Positions 44,273 to 53,938 of a stretch of DNA of 64,000 bases are shown one piece after another. Below the pieces are notes generated by a model. It made no database searches. It was given only the letters and a program-made list of their open reading frames with translations, and was not told the origin of the DNA. Positions within the stretch are counted from its first letter, which is position 1, and every line of letters starts with the position of its first letter. The stretch lies in IMG/VR virus record IMGVR_UViG_3300032242_003291, positions 124,001 to 188,000 of that record. One strand, written 5' to 3'. Both the position numbers and the translations under genes were made by a program.

Positions 44273-45903
44273 TATTCTACAGTCAAATTAACTTTATTAC
44301 CATTACCGTCAATCGCGTCAGATAAGACAGTATAAAATAAACCAGTTGTGTTAGTTAATTTTGTTTTAGGTGTGAAAATTAATGTGTACGGTGTACCTGT
44401 TTTAATTCTTGCTGTTTTTGTTTGGTCTAATGAACCAAATGTGATTCGGTTCTCGTTATTCGTTGAGAAATTAGTAATACTTGGTCCTGCGTCAAACGTT
44501 ACGTTATCTAACGTTAATAAAGTGTTATCGTATTGTAATATAACTTGTAGTCCCGCTAAATTATCTTTTGTTAATGTACCTGTTAATATAACTTTTCCTT
44601 GACCATTAATTGTTGAGGCCAAACTTAAAGTTGCGTTCTGAGATGATGGTGGTTGTGTGTTTCCAAAAGTTGCAATTCTGTCTGTACTACCAACCGATAA
44701 ACCAGTAACTGAATTTGCAACTAACGCAGGATTTGTTGAATTTGAATAATCCAAATCACCTGAATATGCATATGCAAAATCATCAGTTTGAGATGCAGAT
44801 GTTATTGTAATTGTATGGTCTGTTAAAATACCTGTATACCAAGAAGTTAATTTACCTGAAAGGAAACCTATTTGACTTGTAGTTGATGATGGTACTCTTG
44901 TTTTAGAAGTAACATCAATTCCCATAACGTTTGCAAACAAATAATATGCATCGTTATTGTCAAAAACGGTATCAGCAATTGTTACGTGACCTATTGCCTT
45001 TTCTAATGTTGGATACTGAAAATAGTTTGTTGTACCATTCAATCCCACTGAAGAAACTTGTAAAAACGCTTTGTAAGCATCAGACACAGTAATAATATTA
45101 TTCAAATAACTTTTACCTGTTGTTGGAAAAATGTAAACACCAAATTTATCTCCTATTTTTGGAGTTGTGAATGTTGCAATACCTTGTGCATTAAAATTTG
45201 CGGTTGCAATCGGTGCTACACTCCAATTTGTTGTGCCATCAATATTAAGTGGTTGTAATTGTGCTTTCAAATTTACAATACTTGTATCTGTTGATGGATA
45301 TGTAATTCTAACACTGTAAGCGGCAATACCACCTGTTACCGTACCCAAAGATAAAGTACTTTGAGTTGTTGTAACATCTGTAATATTAACACCTGAATTA
45401 TCAACGCCATATGCCATATCTAATTTATGAATATTTGTATAATCTGATTTAGATAATACAACATACTTTTGTGTTGCAATTACACCATCTACCGCAGCAT
45501 CAGTTCTTTGAACTGTTAACTGTGCAACATTCCAATCAGCATTTGATTGATAACTCCAAGGTGTTGCACCATACTGCTTATAAAGATTTTTAACGTCATA
45601 ATTTGCGTTTGCGTTAAAAATATAATTGTTCCAACTTGTAAAATAAGTTTGAACAGAATTACCTTGAGTAAATGTTGTACTGTTATTAATAAATGACAAC
45701 GCCTTATTATTGTATTGGTATCTCAACCAAAAATAACGAGGTAATGTCGTTCCTTTTGAAACGGTATATTTTACTGTAAGTGTATCACCAACCTTATATG
45801 GTCCTGTTTGTACTATGGATTGGTCCACAATTAACTGAGCATTAGATTGTAAACAAACAAAGGAGAATACTAATACTCCTAAAAATTTTGTTATTTTTTT
45901 CAT
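44272..45903 (-). CDS. Exported cohesin-like / dockerin-like protein
   Basis: Start corrected to MKKITKF; LRYQYNNKALSF and AGLQVILQYDNTLLTL cohesin-like ends; ITVSDAYKAF…DNNDAYYLF dockerin-like segment. Confidence 0.7.
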   Translation of the reverse strand: MKKITKFLGVLVFSFVCLQSNAQLIVDQSIVQTGPYKVGDTLTVKYTVSKGTTLPRYFWLRYQYNNKALSFINNSTTFTQGNSVQTYFTSWNNYIFNANANYDVKNLYKQYGATPWSYQSNADWNVAQLTVQRTDAAVDGVIATQKYVVLSKSDYTNIHKLDMAYGVDNSGVNITDVTTTQSTLSLGTVTGGIAAYSVRITYPSTDTSIVNLKAQLQPLNIDGTTNWSVAPIATANFNAQGIATFTTPKIGDKFGVYIFPTTGKSYLNNIITVSDAYKAFLQVSSVGLNGTTNYFQYPTLEKAIGHVTIADTVFDNNDAYYLFANVMGIDVTSKTRVPSSTTSQIGFLSGKLTSWYTGILTDHTITITSASQTDDFAYAYSGDLDYSNSTNPALVANSVTGLSVGSTDRIATFGNTQPPSSQNATLSLASTINGQGKVILTGTLTKDNLAGLQVILQYDNTLLTLDNVTFDAGPSITNFSTNNENRITFGSLDQTKTARIKTGTPYTLIFTPKTKLTNTTGLFYTVLSDAIDGNGNKVNLTVE

Positions 45904-46029
45904 TTTTTTTCTTATTTTAAGAATGGTGTTAAAATCATGCTGAACCCAAAGAAAAGAATCATTAATCCAAATGACACAATTCCGCATGTCAACACAAATT
46001 TTACAATTTCTTGAGTCTTTGTCATAAAA

Positions 46030-46260
46030 TTATTTTTTAGGTGTTTCATACCAAATGTTATCAGGACTATCTTTGAACGTTCCGTCAAATTTCCATTCTA
46101 TTTTATTTATGATGTCTTGTCCTCTTTGCTCTTGTCCAGTTGCTTGCAAATACACACAAAACAATTCAAAACATAATGCCGATACTACCCATAAACAGCA
46201 TAGTTTTACGAAGCTTAACATTATTTGGTCGCTTAGTTTGTCTAAATTTATTGTTTTCAT
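46030..46260 (-). CDS. Small membrane protein
   Basis: Single TM segment, in operon. Confidence 0.55.
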   Translation of the reverse strand: MKTINLDKLSDQIMLSFVKLCCLWVVSALCFELFCVYLQATGQEQRGQDIINKIEWKFDGTFKDSPDNIWYETPKK

Positions 46261-46273
46261 AGTTTTAGTTTTT

Positions 46274-46843
46274 TTATCCTACATTTTCTCTTAATAGTCC
46301 ACATACTAAACATTCTTCATGTCCGTCGTGGTCTGAATCGCCCCAAACGTGGTGACAATTTCTATGGTCAAAATATTCGTCGATAATTCCGTCTCCATCA
46401 TTATCAATACCATCAGCAATACCATCACCATCTTCATCAATTTCTACACCAACTTTTTGTGTAACAGTTTCTGTAGTAGTAACAATTGGTAACGATACTT
46501 GTGGTTGTACTGTAGGTGCAGGAGCATTAACAGGTTCTCCACCTAAGGTACTAGATAATGAAACTCCGTCCTCTTCGTCCATTTTTTGAACCAACATTTT
46601 ATCCTTGTCTTGGTCACTAAACCAGTAATCAATAATTTTACCGTAACTTCCGATGAAAGCTCCTAATAGTAACAATAACAATTCTTTCCATTCTCCAGCC
46701 ATTGGTGATTTAGCTAAAATTGCGGCAAATATTGCAAGAATAGTCCCGAAGAATGTAAATAATACAATGGCCGTAATAAACCATCTTCTTTTCATAACCG
46801 AAAAGAGTAAATCTTTGAATCCCGTGCTTGGTTGGTTTTCCAT
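46274..46843 (-). CDS. Two-TM protein with Ca-binding DxDxDG repeats and Cys/His tail
   Basis: DEDGDGIADGIDNDGDGIIDE; CHHVWGDSDHDGHEECLVC. Confidence 0.7.
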   Translation of the reverse strand: MENQPSTGFKDLLFSVMKRRWFITAIVLFTFFGTILAIFAAILAKSPMAGEWKELLLLLLGAFIGSYGKIIDYWFSDQDKDKMLVQKMDEEDGVSLSSTLGGEPVNAPAPTVQPQVSLPIVTTTETVTQKVGVEIDEDGDGIADGIDNDGDGIIDEYFDHRNCHHVWGDSDHDGHEECLVCGLLRENVG

Positions 46844-46860
46844 AGTTTAATCTTTTGTTT

Positions 46861-47187
46861 TTACCATTGAGCTGGTTTTTCCTTAAACTCATCACCATCT
46901 TTCTTTTTGGGAGTAGGTGATGGTTGTGCTGGTTTTACAGCTTCTTTTTCTTTTATAACAACAGTTTTACTTCCACCAGCAGCTTGCTGCTGTTGAGAGT
47001 TGTTGATAACAATACTCGGTTGAGCTTGTTGTACAGGTTTTTCCTCTTCTTTATGGCCACCACCTAATAATGTTGCTAACCATACACCACCGCCTGCAAC
47101 CGCAGTAGTTAGAGTTCCGATAATTGTTTTTTTTAGACCTGACCATGTTCCGTCATTATGGTCTTTTACTTCTGTTTCTTCTGACAT
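46861..47187 (-). CDS. Single-TM protein with Gln/Pro-rich tail
   Basis: 108-aa ORF in operon. Confidence 0.65.
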   Translation of the reverse strand: MSEETEVKDHNDGTWSGLKKTIIGTLTTAVAGGGVWLATLLGGGHKEEEKPVQQAQPSIVINNSQQQQAAGGSKTVVIKEKEAVKPAQPSPTPKKKDGDEFKEKPAQW

Positions 47188-47209
47188 TTTTTTGTTTTTT
47201 TATTTTTTT

Positions 47210-47701
47210 TTATTTTGTATCAAATAATTTATCCACCAATTTTTCACATGCCTTTTTGATTGCATTACTTAACGATTGTTGGTTAAATTGACCACCATTG
47301 TCTACGGCAAGAGTCGACATAGAAATTTCTGAAGATTCTTCTTCGACAATGACTTCTTTTATTTTTTTATTATCAATTTTTAGAATTCCCTTGAGTCTAA
47401 TAACGACAGACTCTTCGTTTTTGTGGAAAACGGAAATGTTGGACTTTGTTTTAAGAACATCCAAATATACAATCTCAACTGAAACCTTTGTTTTAGATTC
47501 AGGATTTAAGTCATAATCTTTTTCTTGTAAAAATTCTTCTAAAATGTTACGAATACCAAACTCAAGGTTTCTATTTCCTGCAAGATTACCTATTTGAATC
47601 TTGTTGGAAACAGACTCCACGTAAATGTCTTTAGTTGTAATAAAGTTCGTCGGTATTACACATAATATGAGCAATAAAACGACTAGGATGAGCTTGTTCA
47701 T
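47210..47701 (-). CDS. Exported protein with LptE/CsgG-like alpha-beta fold
   Basis: Signal/TM; FGIRNILEEFLQ…LSNAIKKACEKLV; start corrected to MNKLIL. Confidence 0.5.
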   Translation of the reverse strand: MNKLILVVLLLILCVIPTNFITTKDIYVESVSNKIQIGNLAGNRNLEFGIRNILEEFLQEKDYDLNPESKTKVSVEIVYLDVLKTKSNISVFHKNEESVVIRLKGILKIDNKKIKEVIVEEESSEISMSTLAVDNGGQFNQQSLSNAIKKACEKLVDKLFDTK

Positions 47702-47785
47702 TCTATTAGTATCTTGGTATATATAAATACTACTCACTTGGAATATCACAACAAAACAGAACTATTTATTGTAAAATAAATTACT

Positions 47786-48655
47786 ATGTTATTAAAAAAT
47801 GGGTCTCAAGGAGAAGACGTAAAACAACTCCAAATCAAATTGGGTGTTGACCCAGTAGGTAAATTTGGTCCCAAAACTGAAGCAGCAGTAAAAGCTTGGC
47901 AATCCGAACATGGTTTAACCGCAGATGGAATTGTTGGTCCCAAAACTTGGGCTGTAATTATGGGTATTAATGACCAAGTAACAGAACAAGTAAGTGCACC
48001 AGTAAGTGCCCCTATTGTAATCACAGAACCAGCACCAATTAAAAGTATTGGTGGATTAAAATTAGAAAATCTAAAGGGTCATATTCCTGACTCTGTAATC
48101 GCACAAATCCCTGACACCGCATCAAAATTTGAACTTAATACTCCGTTGAGATTAGCACACTTTTTAGCACAATGTGGTCATGAATCAGGTGGATTCAAGT
48201 TAGTTCAAGAAAATCTTAACTATGGTGCTAAAGGTTTATTAGGTTTATTTGGGAAGTATTTCAAAGATGCTGGTAAAGCTGCTTTATATGAAAGAAAACC
48301 TGAAAAAATTGCAAATTTAATTTATGGTGGTCGTATGGGTAATGGCTCCGAACCAACAGGAGAAGGATGGAAATATCACGGACGTGGATTTATCCAATTA
48401 ACAGGAAAAGATAACTATTCAGCTTTTTCTAAATCAATAGGAGAAGATTGTGTGTCAAATCCTGATTTGGTGGCAACAAAATATCCGTTAGCGTCAGCTG
48501 CGTGGTTTTTCAATAAAAATGGATTACATAAAATAGCTGATGGAGGTTCAAGTGAAGCGGTTGTAACACAAATTACTAAAAGAGTTAATGGAGGAACAAT
48601 TGGATTACCTGACAGGATTAAACATTTCAAAGAATTTTACAATTTATTGGCTTAA
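47786..48655 (+). CDS. Endolysin: peptidoglycan-binding domain plus GH19 catalytic domain
   Basis: LKNGSQGEDVKQLQIKL…DGIVGPKT; LRLAHFLAQCGHESGGF…ENLNY…YHGRGFIQLTGKDNY. Confidence 0.92.
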   Translation: MLLKNGSQGEDVKQLQIKLGVDPVGKFGPKTEAAVKAWQSEHGLTADGIVGPKTWAVIMGINDQVTEQVSAPVSAPIVITEPAPIKSIGGLKLENLKGHIPDSVIAQIPDTASKFELNTPLRLAHFLAQCGHESGGFKLVQENLNYGAKGLLGLFGKYFKDAGKAALYERKPEKIANLIYGGRMGNGSEPTGEGWKYHGRGFIQLTGKDNYSAFSKSIGEDCVSNPDLVATKYPLASAAWFFNKNGLHKIADGGSSEAVVTQITKRVNGGTIGLPDRIKHFKEFYNLLA

Positions 48656-48693
48656 ATCCATATAAATTCAGTATCTTCGAAAAAAATATTTTT

Positions 48694-48927
48694 ATGTTAA
48701 TACAAATGAAAATTAAAGACGTAGTAAAAGATTTTGAGTGGGTAATTCGTGTGTTGGAATCTGCAGAAACTAAAACTCAAATGGAATGTGTTATGAATTG
48801 TTTTAATTTGTGGGAAACGAAATATAATACAGGTAGTTTTTCAGGAACAGAATCAAATGTTATTAAACGATTAAAAGGAAATTTTTGGGCATTATTCAAA
48901 AATAAATCACTCAAATTAATTAAATAA
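48694..48927 (+). CDS. Hypothetical protein
   Basis: 77-aa ORF. Confidence 0.55.
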   Translation: MLIQMKIKDVVKDFEWVIRVLESAETKTQMECVMNCFNLWETKYNTGSFSGTESNVIKRLKGNFWALFKNKSLKLIK

Positions 48928-49025
48928 TTAGTGTTCCTAATATCAGGATTTGTATATTTTTTTATTTTTAACTATATTTATATGGTACATCGCTCGAAAG
49001 AGTGTTCTCATATATCCCTTTCCAA

Positions 49026-49064
49026 AAGACCCGCGAAATTTATTTTGTCGGGTCTTATTTTTTT
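49026..49064 (+). terminator. Intrinsic terminator
   Basis: AAGACCCG…CGGGTCTT plus T-tract. Confidence 0.7.
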
Positions 49065-49166
49065 ATTATATTTGCAATATGTTGAGTAAAATTATAGGTA
49101 TTCTATTGATTATTATAGGTCTTGGAATCACATATTATATTTTCAAAAGACCAACAGAATAACATT

Positions 49167-49769
49167 ATGGAAGTAAAATTTGCGGATAGTTTTTGGAAAA
49201 GTCTAAAAACTTTATCAAGACACCAAACTTGGTGGTATAAAACCTATGAATTTTTTCGTAGAGATTTACCATATTTTTTAGAGAATATTTGGTTCTTTAG
49301 AAAAGAATTATATGCATTTCGTTCTTGGGATTATTCGTTCAATCTTGATTTATTTCGTCGTTCTTTAGAAAAGACCGTAGATACAATTGAAAATTACGGT
49401 CATGAGGTTGATGATTCGAGAATGAAAAAAGTTGAAAAAATGAAACGAGCAATTCAACTAATTAAGAATATCCGTAGTGATGAATATATTAGTCAGGCAG
49501 AATCAGAATTAGGAAAAATAAAAAATTCTGACTGGTTATGGACTGATAGGGAAGACACTGAAGAAGAGAGTATACACAATAGAAAAGTATTCAACAGAGC
49601 TAGAGAAATTCAAGATAATGAGTGGAAAGAATTATGGTCAATAATTCACGGACAAGATGTAAATGAATATCGTAAATTATACGATGCTCAGACTGAAGAA
49701 GAAAAAGGAGAACGAGAACTTTGGAACGAATGGTTTGATGGTTCGGGAATGAAATCATGGTGGGATTAA
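49167..49769 (+). CDS. Hypothetical helical protein
   Basis: Start corrected to MEVKFADSF. Confidence 0.7.
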   Translation: MEVKFADSFWKSLKTLSRHQTWWYKTYEFFRRDLPYFLENIWFFRKELYAFRSWDYSFNLDLFRRSLEKTVDTIENYGHEVDDSRMKKVEKMKRAIQLIKNIRSDEYISQAESELGKIKNSDWLWTDREDTEEESIHNRKVFNRAREIQDNEWKELWSIIHGQDVNEYRKLYDAQTEEEKGERELWNEWFDGSGMKSWWD

Positions 49770-49782
49770 AAAAAATTATTAT

Positions 49783-49935
49783 ATGTGGAAAGTTTATCTA
49801 TTAATGGCAACAGTTGTCGGAATAATATCGTACTTTTGGGTTCGAGGAATTGATTATATGAAAAAAAATCATCCTGATTATAAAGGTGATGATTTTTTGA
49901 ATTGGGATGACGAAGACACAGATTGGTTAAGTTAA
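49783..49935 (+). CDS. Small membrane protein (50 aa, below ORF-track cutoff)
   Basis: MWKVYLLMATVVGIISYFWVRGIDYMKKNHPDYKGDDFLNWDDEDTDWLS fills an intergenic gap. Confidence 0.6.
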   Translation: MWKVYLLMATVVGIISYFWVRGIDYMKKNHPDYKGDDFLNWDDEDTDWLS

Positions 49936-49946
49936 AAAACTATTTT

Positions 49947-50627
49947 ATGAAAATTACTTTTATCAGTGACACGCACAACAAACACAACCACCTAACAAGT
50001 AAGGGGATGGGCAATATATTGGGTAGTGGTGACGTTCTTGTACACGCTGGTGATTGTACCAGTATGGGTAAAAGTCATGAAATCACTAACTTCTTGAATT
50101 GGTTTGGTATGACCGATTTCAAACACAAAATCTTTATTGCGGGAAACCATGATTTCGGTTTTGAGATGCACACTGACATTGCAGAAGAGTTCAAAGAAAG
50201 AGGTATCATTTATCTTTTTGATAGTGAAGTTGTAATTGACGGTGTAAAGTTTTATGGTAGTCCTTGGCAACCTGAATTTTATGACTGGGCATTCAATTTA
50301 CCAAGAGGAGAAAAACTTGCTGAGAAGTGGGCTAAAATTCCTGGTAACACTGACATCTTAATTACTCACGGTCCAGCACACGGAATGTTAGATTGGACTC
50401 TAAGTGGACAAAGAGTTGGTTGTGAAGATTTATTTCACAGAATTATGGAAGTTCAACCAAAAATTCATGTTTGTGGTCATATCCATTGTGCGTACGGACA
50501 AAAAAATTTCAATGATGTTGAATTTTTAAACGCATCTGTATTAAATGAAAGATACGAACACGAAAACAAACCAATCAAATTGGAGTTCGATGTAAACGAC
50601 AAGAAAATTGTTGAATATTACGATTAA
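49947..50627 (+). CDS. Calcineurin-like metallophosphoesterase (MPPED-like)
   Basis: ISDTH, VHAGD, IAGNHD, YGSPWQP, ILITHGP, HVCGHIH. Confidence 0.9.
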   Translation: MKITFISDTHNKHNHLTSKGMGNILGSGDVLVHAGDCTSMGKSHEITNFLNWFGMTDFKHKIFIAGNHDFGFEMHTDIAEEFKERGIIYLFDSEVVIDGVKFYGSPWQPEFYDWAFNLPRGEKLAEKWAKIPGNTDILITHGPAHGMLDWTLSGQRVGCEDLFHRIMEVQPKIHVCGHIHCAYGQKNFNDVEFLNASVLNERYEHENKPIKLEFDVNDKKIVEYYD

Positions 50628-50637
50628 ATCAAAAATT

Positions 50638-50946
50638 ATGAAAAAGACTTGGGATAAAGACGTTCTTATTTGTGAATGTCATTCAGACGAACATCAAATG
50701 TTGTTGTTCTATAATGAAGAAGAATATACTAATGGTCAAAAATATAATATGTGTTATGCACACGTACACTTAACAACATATAAATCCTTTTGGAAACGAT
50801 TGATACACGGAGTAAAATATATCTTTGGATACAAGTCACAATATGGGGCATGGGACGAATTTATGTTCAACCCCCAAGACGCCGATAAGCTCCAAGAGCT
50901 TGTGGATTATCTTAAAAAACAAAAAAATGAAGAAACTGTATCTTGA
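50638..50946 (+). CDS. Hypothetical protein
   Basis: ICECHSDEH motif; start corrected. Confidence 0.65.
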   Translation: MKKTWDKDVLICECHSDEHQMLLFYNEEEYTNGQKYNMCYAHVHLTTYKSFWKRLIHGVKYIFGYKSQYGAWDEFMFNPQDADKLQELVDYLKKQKNEETVS

Positions 50947-51268
50947 CGATATCAGAATCCCAAAAACCGAAGGGTGGGACATCGTTAGAACTTACGAAGA
51001 ATTCGTAGATTGGATTAAAAAAAATGGATTACCAAATGAAGTGTCTTTCGACCATGATTTAGCTGAAATCCATTATGACCCATCAACTTGGACTGAAAAT
51101 TTCAAGTATTACGAAAAAACTGGATATGATGCTGCAAAATGGATGTGTGGTTATTGTGTGGAAAATGGTTTACCTTTACCTGAATTTAACTGTCACTCAG
51201 CAAATCCTGTAGGAAGAGAAAATATATTGGCAATCTTAAACAGTCATAAAGAAAGACTTAATTATTAG
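50927..51268 (+). CDS. Cyclic-phosphate-processing receiver-like domain protein
   Basis: LYLDDIR, VSFDHDL, TGYDAAKW, HSANPVG; start corrected to MKKLYLD. Confidence 0.8.
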   Translation: MKKLYLDDIRIPKTEGWDIVRTYEEFVDWIKKNGLPNEVSFDHDLAEIHYDPSTWTENFKYYEKTGYDAAKWMCGYCVENGLPLPEFNCHSANPVGRENILAILNSHKERLNY

Positions 51269-51307
51269 AAGGTGAGAGAAATCTCACCTTTTTTAATATT
51301 TATTGAC

Positions 51308-51958
51308 ATGCCAACAGCTCAAAGTCAATTTTCAAGACTACCGAAAAAACAGTTAGTATTTATTGCTGAGAAATTAGTTGATGAAGATTTCCCTATTGGA
51401 AATCCTTACGATGATGATTTTGATAAGGCGACCGTAATACTTGAAACAGTTTCAAAATATTTTAGTATTGAGGTTGTTAGTGAAGATGTTGAATTCTTTG
51501 CAAAATTCTTAGAAATTAATGATGATTTAATTGCAGATTTGTTTGCTAACAATAAGGAACAAATGAGAAATAAAGAACTAATAGAACAATTAGTGATTCC
51601 TTTTGCAAAAACTTATAATTTGCTTTATGATGTGTGGGGTACTTGTAATTATACAGATTATAAACAACAAGAATTTGATTCTTATGACAAGAATTGGGTT
51701 AAAGAATCTGCACACCAACAAATGACTGATGGTGATTGGAACACGTGGGATGGTCAAGATAGAAGAGAAAGCGAGTATGATAATTATGAAGAAAGTAATT
51801 GGGAATTTAATAGTGTATATGAGGTTGAAGATAAACCTGTTCAAGAAACTTTACTTAGTAAACTTGTTCTTGAAAACACCTCAGATTTAATTAATTCCTT
51901 AGATAGAACAACTTTAATGAAGTTAAGAAACTTAATCAATCAGAAACTTTCTTCTTAG
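51308..51958 (+). CDS. Acidic hypothetical protein
   Basis: Start MPTAQ after TATTTAT. Confidence 0.7.
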   Translation: MPTAQSQFSRLPKKQLVFIAEKLVDEDFPIGNPYDDDFDKATVILETVSKYFSIEVVSEDVEFFAKFLEINDDLIADLFANNKEQMRNKELIEQLVIPFAKTYNLLYDVWGTCNYTDYKQQEFDSYDKNWVKESAHQQMTDGDWNTWDGQDRRESEYDNYEESNWEFNSVYEVEDKPVQETLLSKLVLENTSDLINSLDRTTLMKLRNLINQKLSS

Positions 51959-52175
51959 ATTCCTTTCTTGCATCCTTAGCTAACTCACCCAAACTTTTCT
52001 TTTTACCCTTATTCCACGGATTGAAATGTTTCTTCCATTTATATTCCACTTCTACGGGTCCTTTTGTCGTTATTTTTGAGTTATATTTCCAAATTGATAT
52101 ACACTCATCATCTTCATAAACAACCTCCCATTTGGTCGGTTTTACGACTTGTGTTTGATTTACTATTACTGACAT
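51936..52175 (-). CDS. Hypothetical protein
   Basis: 79-aa ORF. Confidence 0.55.
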   Translation of the reverse strand: MSVIVNQTQVVKPTKWEVVYEDDECISIWKYNSKITTKGPVEVEYKWKKHFNPWNKGKKKSLGELAKDARKESKKKVSD

Positions 52176-52193
52176 GATGTAAATATATAAAAA

Positions 52194-53444
52194 TTATTGA
52201 AGTAATCCTTTACAAAACTCAGAATTTTTTTTTCTTCTACAAGAATTGTATTGTAATAATTTTTGGAATGATTTTTCAGTACCGTTTTTAACTGTAAAGA
52301 AACCATAACCTCCTTCAATTTCTTCATTTTTTGTTGGGGCAACGGAAATACCACCGATACCGTAACCTAAGAGCATACTATTTTTGGCACTATCTGTGTT
52401 AGATTTAACTTGTATTGGAACCCAATATTTTTCTTGATTAAACCAAGGTTGATACATATTAACCAACATATCAATACTAAATACTTGGTCAACTCTATTA
52501 CCAGGTGATGAAAAGTCTACAATATCATTATCAGTAATTGCACCTCCTGAAAAAAGTTTCAACAAACCTTTTATGTTGGCTTCAACTCTATCTCCTTTTT
52601 CACTACTTTTGAGTAATCTATTTTTAATATTCAAGAAATCCTTATTATATTCTCTCAAAATTTCATAATCAGCCTGACTTAACGTTGGAATTTTAACATT
52701 AAATTCTTTTTCAATTATTTTTAGATTTTCAACTTTTTTAGAATCTAATAAATCACCAATAGGAACTTGTTTAAAAAATGAATTAACCTTTTCTTCTGAG
52801 GTAACACCTTTTAATTTATTATGATAGTCTGCTTCACCAATGAGTCTAAACCAATTGGAGTAATGAGTATCCAATTTATTCATAACACTCCATTCACCAT
52901 TTTTTTCAATAAATCCTGGATAACTTTCTGGGTCGTTATTTAAACGATTTAGAATGTCTTCAATTTCTGAATCAATTGTAGTTTCCACACCATTTGGAAA
53001 AGTAATTTTTTTTGTTAAAGAATCTGATGATAAATTATTTTTTAGTTTTTCTAAATCTTTTACATTTCTTTTAACCCATTCAGGACTTGGAGTACCAATT
53101 TTTGTGTTTAAATCTTCTCTACTTTTAAATAAATGTTTTTTTCCTGATTTAATCAAACTAATATAAGTTTCAATCCCTTTTTTAATAATTGTTTTACCCA
53201 AAGGAGTTCTTGAATCCAAATTATGTAATAAAGTTTTTTTCAACTTTTCATTTTTAAAAAAATCTTTTCCTGCATCCTTTTGTTTCTGTGTGAGCTGTTT
53301 GTTGAAAACAATTTTTCCTTTTAAATCATTAATAAAATTATTAGTCCCTTCATATCCTTCCAATGATTTATTTAGTTCCTCATCTGAAATGTCCAAGCTT
53401 TCAATTAAAGGGCCTCTTAGGTGTTTTAAAATCAAATCTCTCAT
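52194..53444 (-). CDS. Hypothetical protein with possible C-terminal PD-(D/E)xK nuclease-like motif
   Basis: RVDQVFSIDMLV…PIQVKS; start corrected to MRDLIL. Confidence 0.55.
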   Translation of the reverse strand: MRDLILKHLRGPLIESLDISDEELNKSLEGYEGTNNFINDLKGKIVFNKQLTQKQKDAGKDFFKNEKLKKTLLHNLDSRTPLGKTIIKKGIETYISLIKSGKKHLFKSREDLNTKIGTPSPEWVKRNVKDLEKLKNNLSSDSLTKKITFPNGVETTIDSEIEDILNRLNNDPESYPGFIEKNGEWSVMNKLDTHYSNWFRLIGEADYHNKLKGVTSEEKVNSFFKQVPIGDLLDSKKVENLKIIEKEFNVKIPTLSQADYEILREYNKDFLNIKNRLLKSSEKGDRVEANIKGLLKLFSGGAITDNDIVDFSSPGNRVDQVFSIDMLVNMYQPWFNQEKYWVPIQVKSNTDSAKNSMLLGYGIGGISVAPTKNEEIEGGYGFFTVKNGTEKSFQKLLQYNSCRRKKNSEFCKGLLQ

Positions 53445-53467
53445 ACCTTTATAAATACCCACCATAA

Positions 53468-53495
53468 ATAAAAATCCCCACCTTGTGAGTGGGGA
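53468..53495 (-). terminator. Intrinsic terminator, identical copy at 54396-54423
   Basis: AAAAATCCCCACCTTGTGAGTGGGGACT occurs twice. Confidence 0.75.
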
Positions 53496-53513
53496 CTTAA
53501 ATTATATTATTTT

Positions 53514-53912
53514 TTAGTCATAATCAAAGTCATACAATCCTTGACCTATATGTTCATAACAACCATCTTGAGTTTCCTCTAAATTATTTGGAGTCCCCGT
53601 AACATTTACAAACATTAATTTAGGATATTCACATAAATTAATATCACTAAAGTCAGCATATTCACAATCAAGGAATGAAAGATACTTAATATTTTCAGTT
53701 AGATTAGAAAGTACCCTTTTAATTTGTCTAGAACTTTTACGTTTTAACCCAATATGTGTATCAGAATGTTCATGTTCCAAGTCACCAAATTGATTTCTGG
53801 CTGTGGTATTAAATTCAAAATCATTATCATTATATTGTTCTTTAACTACTTTTTTAACTAATCTTACTAAATCAGACTCAGTTAATCTTATTATTTTTTT
53901 TTTGGTTGTCAT
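53514..53912 (-). CDS. Hypothetical protein with IRLTESDL N-terminal motif
   Basis: KKIIRLTESDLVRLVKKVVKEQ. Confidence 0.7.
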   Translation of the reverse strand: MTTKKKIIRLTESDLVRLVKKVVKEQYNDNDFEFNTTARNQFGDLEHEHSDTHIGLKRKSSRQIKRVLSNLTENIKYLSFLDCEYADFSDINLCEYPKLMFVNVTGTPNNLEETQDGCYEHIGQGLYDFDYD

Positions 53913-53938
53913 AAATCTAATGTTAAATATAAATTGAA

